Shown here: positions 18,823 through 29,714 of the stretch, in pieces
Numbering within the stretch: the first letter of the stretch is position 1
How the letters are laid out: each line of letters begins with the position of its first letter
Origin: an uncultured Verrucomicrobiae bacterium
Lineage (GTDB): Bacteria; Verrucomicrobiota; Verrucomicrobiia; Limisphaerales; Palsa-1400
Length of the DNA: 64,000 bases
Reading direction: 5' to 3'
NCBI GenBank assembly: GCA_963707025.1
Contig: CAVPOM010000017.1
Span: forward strand, 1-64,000
Program-made: the position numbers and the translations under genes
The notes under the pieces: model-generated
Told to the model about the DNA's origin: nothing
Databases searched by the model: none
Seen by the model: only the letters and a program-made list of their open reading frames with translations

Positions 18823-20067
18823 ATGCCGAACAACGATCCAACCGAAGTCCTGGTGGCGGAGCCAGGCCCGGTCGGGATGCTGACCGCCCTCTTGTTGACA
18901 CAACACGGTTTGCGCACGCGCATCATTGACCAGAAATCGCGGACGGCAAGGCACAGTTACGCCTGCGCCTTGCATCCGGGCAGCCTGGGCATCCTGCAAC
19001 GGGCCGGCGTGGCGGACGCGGTCATCAAATTGGGCCGCCGGGTCGAAAGCGTGGGCCTTTACGAAGGCGCGGCGCGCCGCGCCCAGGTCAAACTATCTGA
19101 TCTTCCCGGCCCCTATCCGTTCGCCGTGGTCCTGGCGCAATTCCTCCTGGAAGAGTTGCTGGAAGAGAAGCTGCGCGCCGCCGGCGTTCATGTGGAGTGG
19201 CAAACACGCCTGTGCAAAATCGAGCGGGACGGCCACGGAGTGGATGCCTCCATTGAGAAGCTGGCCCCGACTGGACGCGGTTACGTCATCCCGGACCTGG
19301 CCACCGCCGTGCAGACCGGCGCCAAGGTCCGCGCCGACCTGGTGGTGGGCGCCGACGGGCACCATTCGCTGGTGCGCCAGCAATTGGGCATCCCCTCGAT
19401 CCGGGCCGGCGAGCCGCTGCTTTTCGGCGTCTATGAAATTGAAACGGTCGAGCCGGTGGACCATGAAGTGAAACTGGTCTTCAACGATTCCAGGATCAGC
19501 GCGTTGTGGCCGCTGGCGGACAACAAATGCCGTTGGAGTTTCCAAATCAGCCCCACCGACGCCGCCCTGGATTTTGTGCCGGAGGACCACAACCGCCTGA
19601 TTGTGGTCAAGCCGCCCAATGATCGGGACAGTTTGCATCACTTGCGCCGGTTCCTGGCCGAACGGGCTCCGTGGTTCCAGGGCGGGATCAAGGACATCCT
19701 CTGGATCGCCCACGCCCAATTTGAACGGCAGCTCGCGCTGCGCTTCGGCGAGGGCCGCTGCTGGCTGGCGGGCGACGCCGCCCATCAAGCCAGCCCCGCC
19801 GGCATGCAAAGCATGAACGCCGGCCTGGGCGAGGCCGTGGACTTGGCGGACAAATTCAAATCCATCCTGCGCGACCAATCCGGGCTGGAGGTGCTGCAAA
19901 ACTACGACCGCGTCCATGACGCCGCCTGGCAGCGATTGCTGGGAATGCAAACGCCAGCCGAGCCGCCCGGCGCGCTTTCACCCTGGGCGCGCCAGCATTT
20001 TCCAACCCTCCTGGGCAGCCTCCCGGCCTCGGGCCATGACCTGGACCATCTCCTGGAGAAGTTGTAA
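18823..20067 (+). CDS. FAD-dependent monooxygenase (PheA/TfdB-like)
   Basis: VVGADG, LAGDAAH, GMQSMN; degenerate N-terminal GxGxxG (VAEPGPVG). Confidence 0.85.
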   Translation: MPNNDPTEVLVAEPGPVGMLTALLLTQHGLRTRIIDQKSRTARHSYACALHPGSLGILQRAGVADAVIKLGRRVESVGLYEGAARRAQVKLSDLPGPYPFAVVLAQFLLEELLEEKLRAAGVHVEWQTRLCKIERDGHGVDASIEKLAPTGRGYVIPDLATAVQTGAKVRADLVVGADGHHSLVRQQLGIPSIRAGEPLLFGVYEIETVEPVDHEVKLVFNDSRISALWPLADNKCRWSFQISPTDAALDFVPEDHNRLIVVKPPNDRDSLHHLRRFLAERAPWFQGGIKDILWIAHAQFERQLALRFGEGRCWLAGDAAHQASPAGMQSMNAGLGEAVDLADKFKSILRDQSGLEVLQNYDRVHDAAWQRLLGMQTPAEPPGALSPWARQHFPTLLGSLPASGHDLDHLLEKL

Positions 20068-20248
20068 AGGGCGGCGGAGCCGGCGGCGCCGTCGCGCGCG
20101 CCGTCCCAGAGTTGCACAAGGCGCCGGCGGCCGAAAATCAAGCGCTTGAGAATCTGACGGTTTGTGGCATTTTTATCGGGAGGAATCAGGGTGATGGCGG
20201 GAGAGCATTCAGCCGGTGAATGCCGGCAGGGCGGCCAACACGATTTCA

Positions 20249-21410
20249 ATGATGGAAAAGCTAATTTATATTATTGACGACGAGGCCCTGATCGGCGGCA
20301 TGCTGCAAATGCTCCTGAAAGGCAGCGATTCTTCCTGGGAGGTCAAGGCCTTCGAGGAGCCCAGCGACCTGATCCGGGCCGTGGCCGGCCGGCCGCCCAA
20401 TGTGGTGATCGCCGACTACAGGATGCCCGTCATGACGGGAACGGAGCTGCAGGATAAAGTCCGGGTGATGTCGCCGGCGACCATCCGCATCCTCATGTCC
20501 GGGAATATTTCCAATCTGAACAAGATCACCTCGGCCCATCAGTTCATCGCCAAGCCCTTCCTGGGCGACGAGGTGGTGGCGGTGGTCACCAACTCGCTGA
20601 AGGTGCAGGAACGGCTCCGCCCTCACGCCAAACTGGGCGAAATCATCTCCGGCTTGCGCTCGCTGCCGGTGGTTCCGGCGATATTCAACCGGCTCATTGC
20701 CCTGCTGGATCAAGACACCAGCACCACCCAGGAGATCGCCTTTCTCCTGGCGCAAGACGGCGGCATCATGACTCGCATCATCCAATTATCCAATTCCTCC
20801 CTGTTCAACCACGGCGCGGTCGTGACCGGTCCCGAGGAGGCCATTTTGTGCCTGGGCCTGCGAAACATCAAAGCGGTGGTCCTGTCGCTGCATATCTTTG
20901 ACTCTTACCATGCGCTGATCTTCCCGGAGACTTCGGTGCAAGGCATTTGGCAGCACTGCCTGCGCACCGCTCAACTGGCGGAGGAACTCTGCCGGAAGAT
21001 GGAGGCCCGCGACCACGCGACCGACGCCTTTCTGGCCAGCCTTCTTCACGACCTGGGCCGGCTGGTTCTCATGGAAAACATGCCCGACCAGTACCCGGGG
21101 GGTTTATCAGCAGGCGGCCGCCAGTCATCGTCCGCTCCACGAAGTTGAGCAGGAGACGCTCGGCATTCGCAGCGCCGAAATCAGCGCTTTCTTCATTGAG
21201 CTTTGGGGCATGCCGGCCGCCGCCGCCCAAGCCATCGCCTCGCAGCACGCCCCCTGGCAAACCCCGCACCCCGATTTCAACGCCAGCGATGCGCTTTACA
21301 TCGCCAATATTCTGGCCCGCCGGCAAAGTTGCCCGGATCAACTTGAGACCGCGCCACTGGACCTGGATTATTTGAAATCCATTGGAGCGGCCGGAATCGT
21401 CACTGCCTGA
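20249..21410 (+). CDS. Receiver + HDOD-domain protein, frameshifted at the G run near 21097-21102
   Basis: IIDDE, ADYRMP, LPVVP, LLHDLGRL; the C-terminus continues in ORF 21210-21410. Confidence 0.8.
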
Positions 21411-21630
21411 AGACGGCCGGCGGCGCTCCGGCCAACGGAGCAAGCCCCCGGAGGGGCCGTCCTGGCTGTCCCCGCCTCCTTTCCCCTCCAACCGGGCCGT
21501 TCCTTTTGCGCCAGCCGGCCCCTTGCCGGCCCAGCTTCCGGCAAACGGCCCGCGCCATGATTTTGGCCGCGTTCAGAAAATGTCCGGTCATGGCCTGCGG
21601 AGGAAAAGCGCGCCCTGGGCAAAATATCGC

Positions 21631-21658
21631 TTGACAATCCGGGGGCGATGATTATGAT
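21631..21658 (+). promoter_or_regulatory. Sigma70-type promoter for the padR operon
   Basis: TTGACA-16 nt-TATGAT, overlapped by a gatga...tcatc inverted repeat. Confidence 0.55.
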
Positions 21659-21688
21659 ATTCGTCATCAGTTGTCGTAACATGGTTGG

Positions 21689-22024
21689 ATGAAAGCGGCC
21701 AATCGCGAAATTCTGTTGAGCTTCTGGAAGGTGCATATTCTGCATCATGCCAATGAGGAGCCGGTGCATGGCCAGTGGATTCTGACCGAGTTGCGCCGGC
21801 ACGGCTACGAGATCAGTCCGGGCACGTTGTATCCGATGCTCAACCGGATGGAACACTTGGGTTGGCTCAGGTGCAAAGTGGACCCTGCTGGGGGGCCTAG
21901 AGCGCGCAAGGATTATCGTCTGAGTTCCCAAGGCCGCAAGATCCTGGCGCTGATTCGGGAGCAGCTCGAGGAGCTTTACCAGGAGGTCGTCCTCGAAGCC
22001 AAACACAAAAACCCAAAAATATGA
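21689..22024 (+). CDS. PadR-family transcriptional regulator
   Basis: ISPGTLYPMLNRME, RKDYRLSSQGR. Confidence 0.9.
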   Translation: MKAANREILLSFWKVHILHHANEEPVHGQWILTELRRHGYEISPGTLYPMLNRMEHLGWLRCKVDPAGGPRARKDYRLSSQGRKILALIREQLEELYQEVVLEAKHKNPKI

Positions 22025-22521
22025 GCCTGCTCAAACGCTTCAGCGTGACTCGGTCGCCGCGGGCAGTGGTCATTATCCGGCTCATGGTCGGGTCCATCTT
22101 TTTGTCCGAAGGTTTGCAAAAATTTCTTTTCCCGCAGGCCGATGGAGCGGGGCGTTTCATTAAAATCGGGATTCCGTCGCCTGAAATCATGGCCCTTTTT
22201 GTCGGCGGCGTGGAAACAACTTGTCGGCTCCTGATTTTGCTTGGATTGTTGACGCGGCTGGCGAGCATTCCGTTGCTGATCAACATCTTCGTGGCGATAC
22301 TCGCCACCAAAATTCCAATTCTCCTGGGGCACGGATATTGGAATTTCAGCCTTCCCAACCTTGCACAGTATGGTTTTTGGAGCATGGCTCACGAAGGCCG
22401 CGCGGACTTCTCGATGCTGATGGGACTGCTGTTCCTGCTCATTGTCGGCGGCGGTCCCTGGTCGGCGGATGCCCGTCTGGCGCAACGCGGGACGAATCCT
22501 CCTCCGCCCAATGGGAACTAA
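22021..22521 (+). CDS. DoxX-family membrane protein
   Basis: IRLMVGSIFLSEGLQKF, GGGPWSAD; ATGA overlap with padR. Confidence 0.85.
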   Translation: MSLLKRFSVTRSPRAVVIIRLMVGSIFLSEGLQKFLFPQADGAGRFIKIGIPSPEIMALFVGGVETTCRLLILLGLLTRLASIPLLINIFVAILATKIPILLGHGYWNFSLPNLAQYGFWSMAHEGRADFSMLMGLLFLLIVGGGPWSADARLAQRGTNPPPPNGN

Positions 22522-22540
22522 TCAAAAACTCAACGTTACG

Positions 22541-24097
22541 ATGAAGAAAACAGATTCAACGAATGAGCATCATCGGGAGGTCAGCCATGAGAAATCGCTG
22601 CTGTCCAACCACACATCTCGCCGCAGTTTTCTGCAACGTGCTGGACTCCTGACTGGCGGGCTATGCCTCGCGCCGCACGCCGGTTCGGCAGAAGCAAACC
22701 AGGCTCCCTCCTCATCGGCACCATCACCGGCGGGCGATGCCAGCTACACATTGCGCATCGGCACGGGCTTGGTGGAACTGGCCCCGGACAAAATCATTTC
22801 AACCACGACCTACAATGGACAGTTTCCCGGCCCCTTGTTGCGGTTCAAGGAGGGGCGGCCTGTTGTGGTGGATGTTTACAACGACACGGACACGCCCGAA
22901 CAGTTCCATTGGCACGGGCAGTTTGTGCCAGTGGAGGTGGACGGCGCGGCTGAGGAAGGAACGCCCTTTATTCCAGCGCAGGGGAGGCGCCGCGTGGCCT
23001 TCACCCCCGGTCCGGCGGGCTTTCGCTTTTATCATACGCACCTGAGCGCGCGCGACAATTTGAACGCGGGCCAATACAACGGGGAAGTTGGACCAGTCTA
23101 TATCGAACCCAAGAGCGAGCCGGGATTATTCGACCAGGAGGTTTTTCTCGTCCTCAAGGAATTTGGGCCAACGTTCAGCAGGGGCGGCGACATGCCGATG
23201 GATTTCCTTGCCCCCGCCGCCAAGGTCAAAACGCTGGAGGAAGCCGGGGAATCGGCGATGAAAGACTCCCTGGCCAAAGCAATGCCGCGCGGTTACGAAG
23301 TTGGCTATTCCCTTTTTTCGATCAATGGCCGCATGTTGGGCCACGGCGAACCGATCCGTGTCAAACAAGGCCAGCGCGTGCTGCTGCATGTGCTCAACGG
23401 CAGCGCCACGGAGATTCGCAGCCTGGCACTGCCCGGACACAAATTCAAAGTTGTGGCGTTGGACGGCAACCCGGTACCCGTTCCGGCCGAGGTTCCCGTG
23501 CTCTGGCTGGGCACGGCGGAGCGGGTTTCCGCCATCGTGGAGATGAGTCATCCGGGCGTCTGGGTGCTGGGAGACCTGGCCGATGACGACCGCGCACGGG
23601 GGATGGGAATCGTCGTCGAGTATGCGGGGCGCAGTGGCAAACCCCGGTGGAGCAAGCCCGAACCATTTCACTGGGACTACACACGATTTGCCGCGCCGGG
23701 CGCGGCCGCCCGCCAGCCCGACGAGATCATCGAAATGACCTTTGCCAAGCGCAACGCCGCCGACCATGGCTTCAATGTGTGGACCATCAACGGCGCGCCC
23801 TTCTCGATGGAAAGGATGGAGCCGATGTTTCCCCTGCGCCAAGGCCGGCGGTATCGCTGGCGCATGGGCAACGCCAGCGACGACATCCATCCGATGCACC
23901 TGCACCGCCACAGCTTCGAGTTGACCAAGGTCGCGGGCAAACCCACCGCCGGGGTGATCAAAGACGTGGCCATGCTCGGCGGCTACCAGGAAATGGAGGT
24001 TGACTTCACGGCGGACCACCCCGGTCTGACGCTCTTTCATTGCCACATGCAACTGCACATGGACTTTGGCTTTATGGGCCTGTTCAATTATGTCTGA
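22541..24097 (+). CDS. Tat-exported multicopper oxidase
   Basis: SRRSFLQ Tat motif; HWHG, YHTH, HPMHLH, HCHMQLH. Confidence 0.92.
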   Translation: MKKTDSTNEHHREVSHEKSLLSNHTSRRSFLQRAGLLTGGLCLAPHAGSAEANQAPSSSAPSPAGDASYTLRIGTGLVELAPDKIISTTTYNGQFPGPLLRFKEGRPVVVDVYNDTDTPEQFHWHGQFVPVEVDGAAEEGTPFIPAQGRRRVAFTPGPAGFRFYHTHLSARDNLNAGQYNGEVGPVYIEPKSEPGLFDQEVFLVLKEFGPTFSRGGDMPMDFLAPAAKVKTLEEAGESAMKDSLAKAMPRGYEVGYSLFSINGRMLGHGEPIRVKQGQRVLLHVLNGSATEIRSLALPGHKFKVVALDGNPVPVPAEVPVLWLGTAERVSAIVEMSHPGVWVLGDLADDDRARGMGIVVEYAGRSGKPRWSKPEPFHWDYTRFAAPGAAARQPDEIIEMTFAKRNAADHGFNVWTINGAPFSMERMEPMFPLRQGRRYRWRMGNASDDIHPMHLHRHSFELTKVAGKPTAGVIKDVAMLGGYQEMEVDFTADHPGLTLFHCHMQLHMDFGFMGLFNYV

Positions 24098-24124
24098 GAC
24101 TCACCCTCAACCGCATTACGGCCC

Positions 24125-27100
24125 ATGAATCTGGTGCAAATCGCGCTGCGCCGCCCGCTCACCATCCTGGTGCTGATCATGGGCATGGCGCTGGGCGCCT
24201 GGCTGGCCTTGCAGCAAATGCCGCGCGACATTTTCCCCACGCTGGGCATTCCCACCATTTACGTGGCGCAGCCTTATGGCGGGATGGACCCGGCGCAGAT
24301 GGAAGGATACCTGACCTATTATTACGAGTATCATTTCCTTTACATCACGGGCATCGAGCATGTGGAGTCCAAATCCATCCAGGGGGCGGCCCTCCTCAAG
24401 CTGCAGTTTCATCCCGGCACGGACATGGCGCAGGCCATGTCGGAAACCGTGGCCTACGTCAACCGCGCCCGCGCCTTCATGCCGCCGGGGACGGTGCCGC
24501 CGTTCGTCATGCGCTTTGACGCGGGCAGCGTGCCGGTGGGGGACCTGGTTTTTTCCAGCACGACCCGGACGGTGGGCGAGATGCAGGATCTGGCCTTGAA
24601 TCGAGTCCGGCCCCTGTTCGCCACATTGCCGGGCGTGTCGGCCCCTCCGCCTTTCGGCGGCAGCGCCCGGAGCATCGTGGTCAACCTCCAGCCCGAACGG
24701 CTCCGCTCCTACAGCATGTCGCCGGATGAAGTCGTGACCGCCATCACCGCGGCCAACCTCATCAGCCCTTCCGGGAACATGCCCATCCACGGAAAATATC
24801 CCATGGTGCCCCTCAACTCGGTGGCCCGCAACATCAAGGATCTGGAGGCGGTGCCCATCCGAACCGGGACCTTTCCGACCGTCTTCCTGCGCGACGTGGG
24901 ACAAGTGGTGGATGGCTCGGACATCGTGACCAGTTACGCGCTGGTCAACGGCCATCGCACCGTCTATATCCCCGTCACCAAGCGCTCCACGGCTTCCACT
25001 CTCTCGGTGGTCAATCTGGTCAAGGCCAACCTGGCCAAGTTCCAGAGCGTGCTGCCGGCCGATGTCAAAATCAGCTATGAGTTTGACCAATCCCCCTCCG
25101 TCACCCGCGCCATCAGCGGCCTGACTCTGGAAGGCGCCCTGGGTGCGGTTCTCACCGGCCTGATGGTGCTGCTGTTTCTGCGGGACTGGCGCAGCGCTTT
25201 GATTGTCGTCATCAACATTCCCCTTTCGTTGATGGGCTCGGTGCTGGCTCTGTGGCTGACCGGGCAGACCATCAACATCATGACTTTGGGCGGGCTGGCT
25301 TTGGCCGTTGGCATCCTGGTGGACGAGGCGACCGTCAGCATCGAAAATATTCATACGCATTTGATGCAGGGCCGAACGGTCGGCCGCGCGGCCCTGGACG
25401 CCACGACCGAGACGACGGTGCCGCGCTTGCTGGCCATGCTGTGCGTCCTGGCGATCTTCAGCCCCACGCTCTTCATGGCGGGCGCCGCCAAGGCCATGTT
25501 CCTGCCGCTGTCGCTGGCCGTCGGCTTTGCCATGGTCGCGTCCTATCTGTTGTCCAGCACGCTGGTGCCCATCCTGTCGGTTTGGCTTCTGCGCGGGCAC
25601 GAAAGGGCCGCCACCGGCCACACCGCGGCGGAGAGCCGTCTGGCGCGATGGCAAGGCCGGTATGCCGCCCTGGCGGGCAAGCTGGTGGCCGCGCGTTGGG
25701 TGGTGGCGGGCCTCTATTTGGTGTCGGCCGCAGCGGTGGTTTGGCTGGCGGGCCGGCGGCTGGGCACGGAGATTTTTCCCAAAGTGGATGCCGGGCAGAT
25801 CCAACTGCGGCTGCGGGCGCCGACCGGCACGCAGATTGGCGGCACCGAAGCCATTGCCCTGCAAGCGCTGGATCTCATCCAGCAGGAGGTCGGCCCGCAA
25901 AATGTCCGGATTACGCTGGGTTTCCTGGGCGTGCATGGTTCTCCTTACCCCATCAACTTCATCTACCTCTGGAACGGCGGGCCGGAAGAGGGCGTGCTCC
26001 AGGTGCAGTTGAAGCCCGGCACGCCGGTCCGAATTGAACCGCTGAAGGACCGGCTGCGCAAAGTCTTTGCCGAAAAAATGCCCGGGGTCAGCTTCTCCTT
26101 TGAACCGAGCGACATCGTCAGCCGGGTGATGAGCCTCGGTTCGCCCACCCCGATCGAGGTGGCCATCAGCGGCCAAAACCTGGCCGCCGACCGGGCTTTC
26201 GCCGAAAAGGTCAAAGCAGCCCTGCAACAAATCCCCTCCCTGCGCGACCTCCAGTTTGGCCAGGCGCTGGATTATCCCACCGTGGACGTGAAGGTGGATC
26301 GCGAAAAGGCCGGGGTGATGGGCGTGACCATGGCCGACGTGTCGCGCGCGCTGGTGCCGGCCACCTCCTCCAGCCGCTTTGTCGTGCCCAATTACTGGGC
26401 CGACCCGAACAGCGGCGTGGCCTACCAGGTTCAAGTGCAGGTGCCCCAGGCGCGGATGGACTCGCTGGAGCAGGCGAAAAACGTCCCGGTGATGGACCAC
26501 GGCGGCCGGAGCCTGCTCCTCCGCAATGTGGCCAGCGTGACGGAAGGCGCCGCCATTGGACAATACGAACGCTACAACATGCAGCGGATGGTGACCGTGA
26601 CGGCCAACGTCTCGGGCGCCGACTTGGGCAGCGTGGCCCGGCAAGTGAGCGCCGCGCTCAACGCGCTGGGCCAGCCGCCTCCCGGCATCACGCTCGCCGT
26701 CCGCGGCCAGAGCGTCCCGCTCCAACAAATGCTGGACGGCCTGCGCCGCGGCTTGCTCCTGGCGGTGGTGGTGATCTTCCTGCTGCTGGCGGCCAATTTC
26801 CAATCCCTCAAGCTCTCCTTCCTGGTTGTCTCCACCACTCCGGCCGTGATCGCCGGGGTGGTCCTCATGCTCTGGCTGACGGGAACCACCCTCAACATCC
26901 AGTCCTTCATGGGCGCCATCATGGCCGTGGGCGTCGCGGTGGCCAATGCCATCCTGTTGGTGACTTTTGCCGAACGCAGCCGGCTGGCGGGCGCCAGCGC
27001 GTCCGATGCCGCCGTGGAAGGAGCGCGCAGCCGTCTGCGGCCGATCCTGATGACCAGCGTGGCCATGATCGCCGGCATGGTGCCGATGGCCTTGGGCTTG

Positions 27101-27283
27101 GGTGAAGGCGGCGAACAAACCGCGCCTCTGGGCCGGGCGGTGGTCGGTGGATTGGCCGTCGCCACCTCGGCCACGCTCCTGGCGCTGCCGGCCATGTTTG
27201 CGCTCGTCCAGAGCCGTGCGCACCGGCGCTCGGCGTCACTCCACCCGGATGACGTGCCAAACCCGGCGAGGAAGGCCGGTTAG
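24125..27283 (+). CDS. RND efflux permease
   Basis: 1052 aa; [17 protein letters not shown]. Confidence 0.95.
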   Translation: MNLVQIALRRPLTILVLIMGMALGAWLALQQMPRDIFPTLGIPTIYVAQPYGGMDPAQMEGYLTYYYEYHFLYITGIEHVESKSIQGAALLKLQFHPGTDMAQAMSETVAYVNRARAFMPPGTVPPFVMRFDAGSVPVGDLVFSSTTRTVGEMQDLALNRVRPLFATLPGVSAPPPFGGSARSIVVNLQPERLRSYSMSPDEVVTAITAANLISPSGNMPIHGKYPMVPLNSVARNIKDLEAVPIRTGTFPTVFLRDVGQVVDGSDIVTSYALVNGHRTVYIPVTKRSTASTLSVVNLVKANLAKFQSVLPADVKISYEFDQSPSVTRAISGLTLEGALGAVLTGLMVLLFLRDWRSALIVVINIPLSLMGSVLALWLTGQTINIMTLGGLALAVGILVDEATVSIENIHTHLMQGRTVGRAALDATTETTVPRLLAMLCVLAIFSPTLFMAGAAKAMFLPLSLAVGFAMVASYLLSSTLVPILSVWLLRGHERAATGHTAAESRLARWQGRYAALAGKLVAARWVVAGLYLVSAAAVVWLAGRRLGTEIFPKVDAGQIQLRLRAPTGTQIGGTEAIALQALDLIQQEVGPQNVRITLGFLGVHGSPYPINFIYLWNGGPEEGVLQVQLKPGTPVRIEPLKDRLRKVFAEKMPGVSFSFEPSDIVSRVMSLGSPTPIEVAISGQNLAADRAFAEKVKAALQQIPSLRDLQFGQALDYPTVDVKVDREKAGVMGVTMADVSRALVPATSSSRFVVPNYWADPNSGVAYQVQVQVPQARMDSLEQAKNVPVMDHGGRSLLLRNVASVTEGAAIGQYERYNMQRMVTVTANVSGADLGSVARQVSAALNALGQPPPGITLAVRGQSVPLQQMLDGLRRGLLLAVVVIFLLLAANFQSLKLSFLVVSTTPAVIAGVVLMLWLTGTTLNIQSFMGAIMAVGVAVANAILLVTFAERSRLAGASASDAAVEGARSRLRPILMTSVAMIAGMVPMALGLGEGGEQTAPLGRAVVGGLAVATSATLLALPAMFALVQSRAHRRSASLHPDDVPNPARKAG

Positions 27284-27293
27284 AAGCCCATCA

Positions 27294-28391
27294 ATGCCAA
27301 AACCTATGAAAGCCAAAACCCCTTGCCTCTTCACGGCCCTGCCGGCCATCGCCGGAGTTGCCGCCCTTTGCGGTTGCGGGCCTTCCCAAACCGAAGCGCC
27401 GCCTCAAGCACCGTCACCCATTACGGTCCAGACTGTCCTTCCCAGGCGCGGTGAAATTGCCCGCAGCATCACCCTGCCCACGTTCCGCATCCTGGCCCTG
27501 CAGGCTGCCACGATCTATGCCAAAGTGCCCGGCTATTTGAAAACGCTGACGGTGGACAAGGGCGACGCGGTCCAGGCCGGCCAGTTGCTGGGCGAGATCG
27601 AAGTGCCGGAATTGCTGGCCGACGAGATTCAATACCAAGCCGAGACGGAGGTGTCGCACACCAACTATGACCGCATGTTCCAGGCGCGGCAAAAGGCGCC
27701 GGACCTGGTCGTGCCGCAAACCGTGGACGACTTGCGCGGCGCCTGGGAAGTCGCGCAGGCCAAACTTCAGCGGACCCGGACCCTGCTGCAATATGCCCGG
27801 CTGGTCGCGCCGTTTGCCGGCGTCGTCACGGCCCGATTTGTGGATCCCGGCGCCTACATTCCCGCCGCCACCTCCGGCACCCCCGCGCAAAATGCCGCGG
27901 TGGTGACGCTGATGGATTTCAGCCGCCTGCGCATCCAGGTGTTCGTGCCCGAACCCGAAGTGCCCTTCATCACCAACGGCGTGCCGGTGCAAGTCACGGT
28001 GGAGGAACTGCCCGGGAAAACTTTTAGTGGTTCCGTGACCCGTTACGCCAACGCCCTGGACGAAGCGACCAAGACCATGCTGACGGAAATCGAAATGCCC
28101 AACCCGGCCGGCGAGCTGCGGCCCGGCATGTATGCCAGCGTGCAACTGGAGGTGGAACGCAAGAAGGATGCCCTGTTGGTGCCGGTGCCGGCGCTGTTGG
28201 TCGAAAAAGCGGGCACGTCCGTGTTTACGGCAGCCGATGGCAAGGCCCATAAAACCCCGGTTCGGACTGGTTTCAACGACGGCGTGAATGTTGAAATCAC
28301 CGACGGTGTCAAGCCTGGCCAGCCGGTCATCCTGATTGGCAAACAGACACTCAACGACGGCCAGCCGGTCAATCCCGTGGAGGCCAAATGA
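27294..28391 (+). CDS. RND periplasmic adaptor (MFP), lipoprotein
   Basis: LCGC lipobox, VDKGDAV, APFAGVV, LRPGMY. Confidence 0.9.
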   Translation: MPKPMKAKTPCLFTALPAIAGVAALCGCGPSQTEAPPQAPSPITVQTVLPRRGEIARSITLPTFRILALQAATIYAKVPGYLKTLTVDKGDAVQAGQLLGEIEVPELLADEIQYQAETEVSHTNYDRMFQARQKAPDLVVPQTVDDLRGAWEVAQAKLQRTRTLLQYARLVAPFAGVVTARFVDPGAYIPAATSGTPAQNAAVVTLMDFSRLRIQVFVPEPEVPFITNGVPVQVTVEELPGKTFSGSVTRYANALDEATKTMLTEIEMPNPAGELRPGMYASVQLEVERKKDALLVPVPALLVEKAGTSVFTAADGKAHKTPVRTGFNDGVNVEITDGVKPGQPVILIGKQTLNDGQPVNPVEAK

Positions 28392-29707
28392 GGTTCTCCA
28401 TAACCGCCATCGGCGCCCTCACCCTCTGCGGGTTTGTCGCGCGCGCCCAAACCACCAACCCCGCCGCCAGCCCGATTGATCTGCCGACCGTGCTTCGTCT
28501 GGCCGGCGCCCGCAATCTCGATGTTCAAATCGCCCGGGAACGGTTGAACGAAGCGCAAGCCAACCGTCAAACCGCGCTGGAACAGTTTATCCCCTCACTC
28601 AGTCCGGGCATTGCTTACCATCAGCGGGATGGCATGGCTCAAGCCGTGCCTGCGGGAACCGTTTCGGACACTCATTTCCAATCCTATGCCCCCGGCGGCA
28701 CGGTCGCGGCCCAGGTCGTTCTCGGCGACTCCATTTACCAGGCGCTGGCCGCCAAACAACTGGTCCAGGCGTCGGATCAATCCTTGCAAGCGCAACGCGA
28801 GGACGCCGCCTTAAGCGCGGCCCAGGCCTATTTTGATTTGGTGAAAGCCAAGGCCCTGGCGGACGTGAGCAAAGAGGCGGTGAGCATTTCTCAGGACTAC
28901 CAGCAAGAGTTGCACCAGGCCGTCGGCGCCGGCGTCGCCTTCAAAGGCGATGAACTCCGGGTGCAAACCCAGACGGAAAGCTGGCAAATCTCCTTGCGGC
29001 AGGCGCTCGAACAGCAGCGCGTCGCGGCGGTCAACCTGGCCCAGATTCTGCATCTGGACTCCACCGTGGATTTGGTTCCGCATGAACAGGACCTGGTGCC
29101 GCTCCTGCTTTTTCCCACCAATGCCGCCTTGGACGCCCTGGTGCAACAAGCCTTGAACTCGCGCCCGGAATTGAAAGCCGGCCAGGCTCTCATTACGGCG
29201 GCGCGCGATGCCAAAAACGGGGCGGTCTACGGGCCGCTCGTTCCATCGGTGGGCGCGCAAGTCTTTGCCGGCGGCCTGGGTGGCGGCTACCAGGGCGGAC
29301 CCGACAACTTCGGCCACGCGGAAGATTATCTCCTGGGCTTGAGCTGGCGCATCGGCCCAGGCGGGCTGTTTGATTCCGGACGCGCCAAAGCCAACAAGGC
29401 CCGCCTGGCCGCCACACAACTGGGTCAAACCAAGCTCAAAGATGCCGTCATTTCCCAGGTCGTCGCCGCCGCCACGCGGATGCAGTCCTTATCCGACCAA
29501 ATTGCCCTCGCCCAACGGAACCTGGCCACGGCCAATGAGACCTTTCGCTTGACACGCGCACGCAAGCAATATGGAGTCGGCATCGTGCTGGAAGACATCC
29601 AGGCGCAGCAGGCTTTGACCCAGGCGCATGCCGACTTTGTCACGGCCGTCGCGGAACACAACAAAGCCCAGTACGGATTGAACAAGGCGGTCGGCAACCC
29701 GCCGTAG
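28388..29707 (+). CDS. TolC-family outer-membrane factor
   Basis: Signal peptide, OEP-like helical repeats (QAYFDL, RPELK); overlaps the MFP stop codon. Confidence 0.88.
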   Translation: MRFSITAIGALTLCGFVARAQTTNPAASPIDLPTVLRLAGARNLDVQIARERLNEAQANRQTALEQFIPSLSPGIAYHQRDGMAQAVPAGTVSDTHFQSYAPGGTVAAQVVLGDSIYQALAAKQLVQASDQSLQAQREDAALSAAQAYFDLVKAKALADVSKEAVSISQDYQQELHQAVGAGVAFKGDELRVQTQTESWQISLRQALEQQRVAAVNLAQILHLDSTVDLVPHEQDLVPLLLFPTNAALDALVQQALNSRPELKAGQALITAARDAKNGAVYGPLVPSVGAQVFAGGLGGGYQGGPDNFGHAEDYLLGLSWRIGPGGLFDSGRAKANKARLAATQLGQTKLKDAVISQVVAAATRMQSLSDQIALAQRNLATANETFRLTRARKQYGVGIVLEDIQAQQALTQAHADFVTAVAEHNKAQYGLNKAVGNPP

Positions 29708-29714
29708 GCAGAGT

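Noticed and set aside
24116..27223. Long antisense ORFs (1035 aa here; also 37331-39100, 58604-60241, 50236-51603)
   Set aside because: Shadow frames of high-GC genes on the opposite strand with no recognisable motifs.
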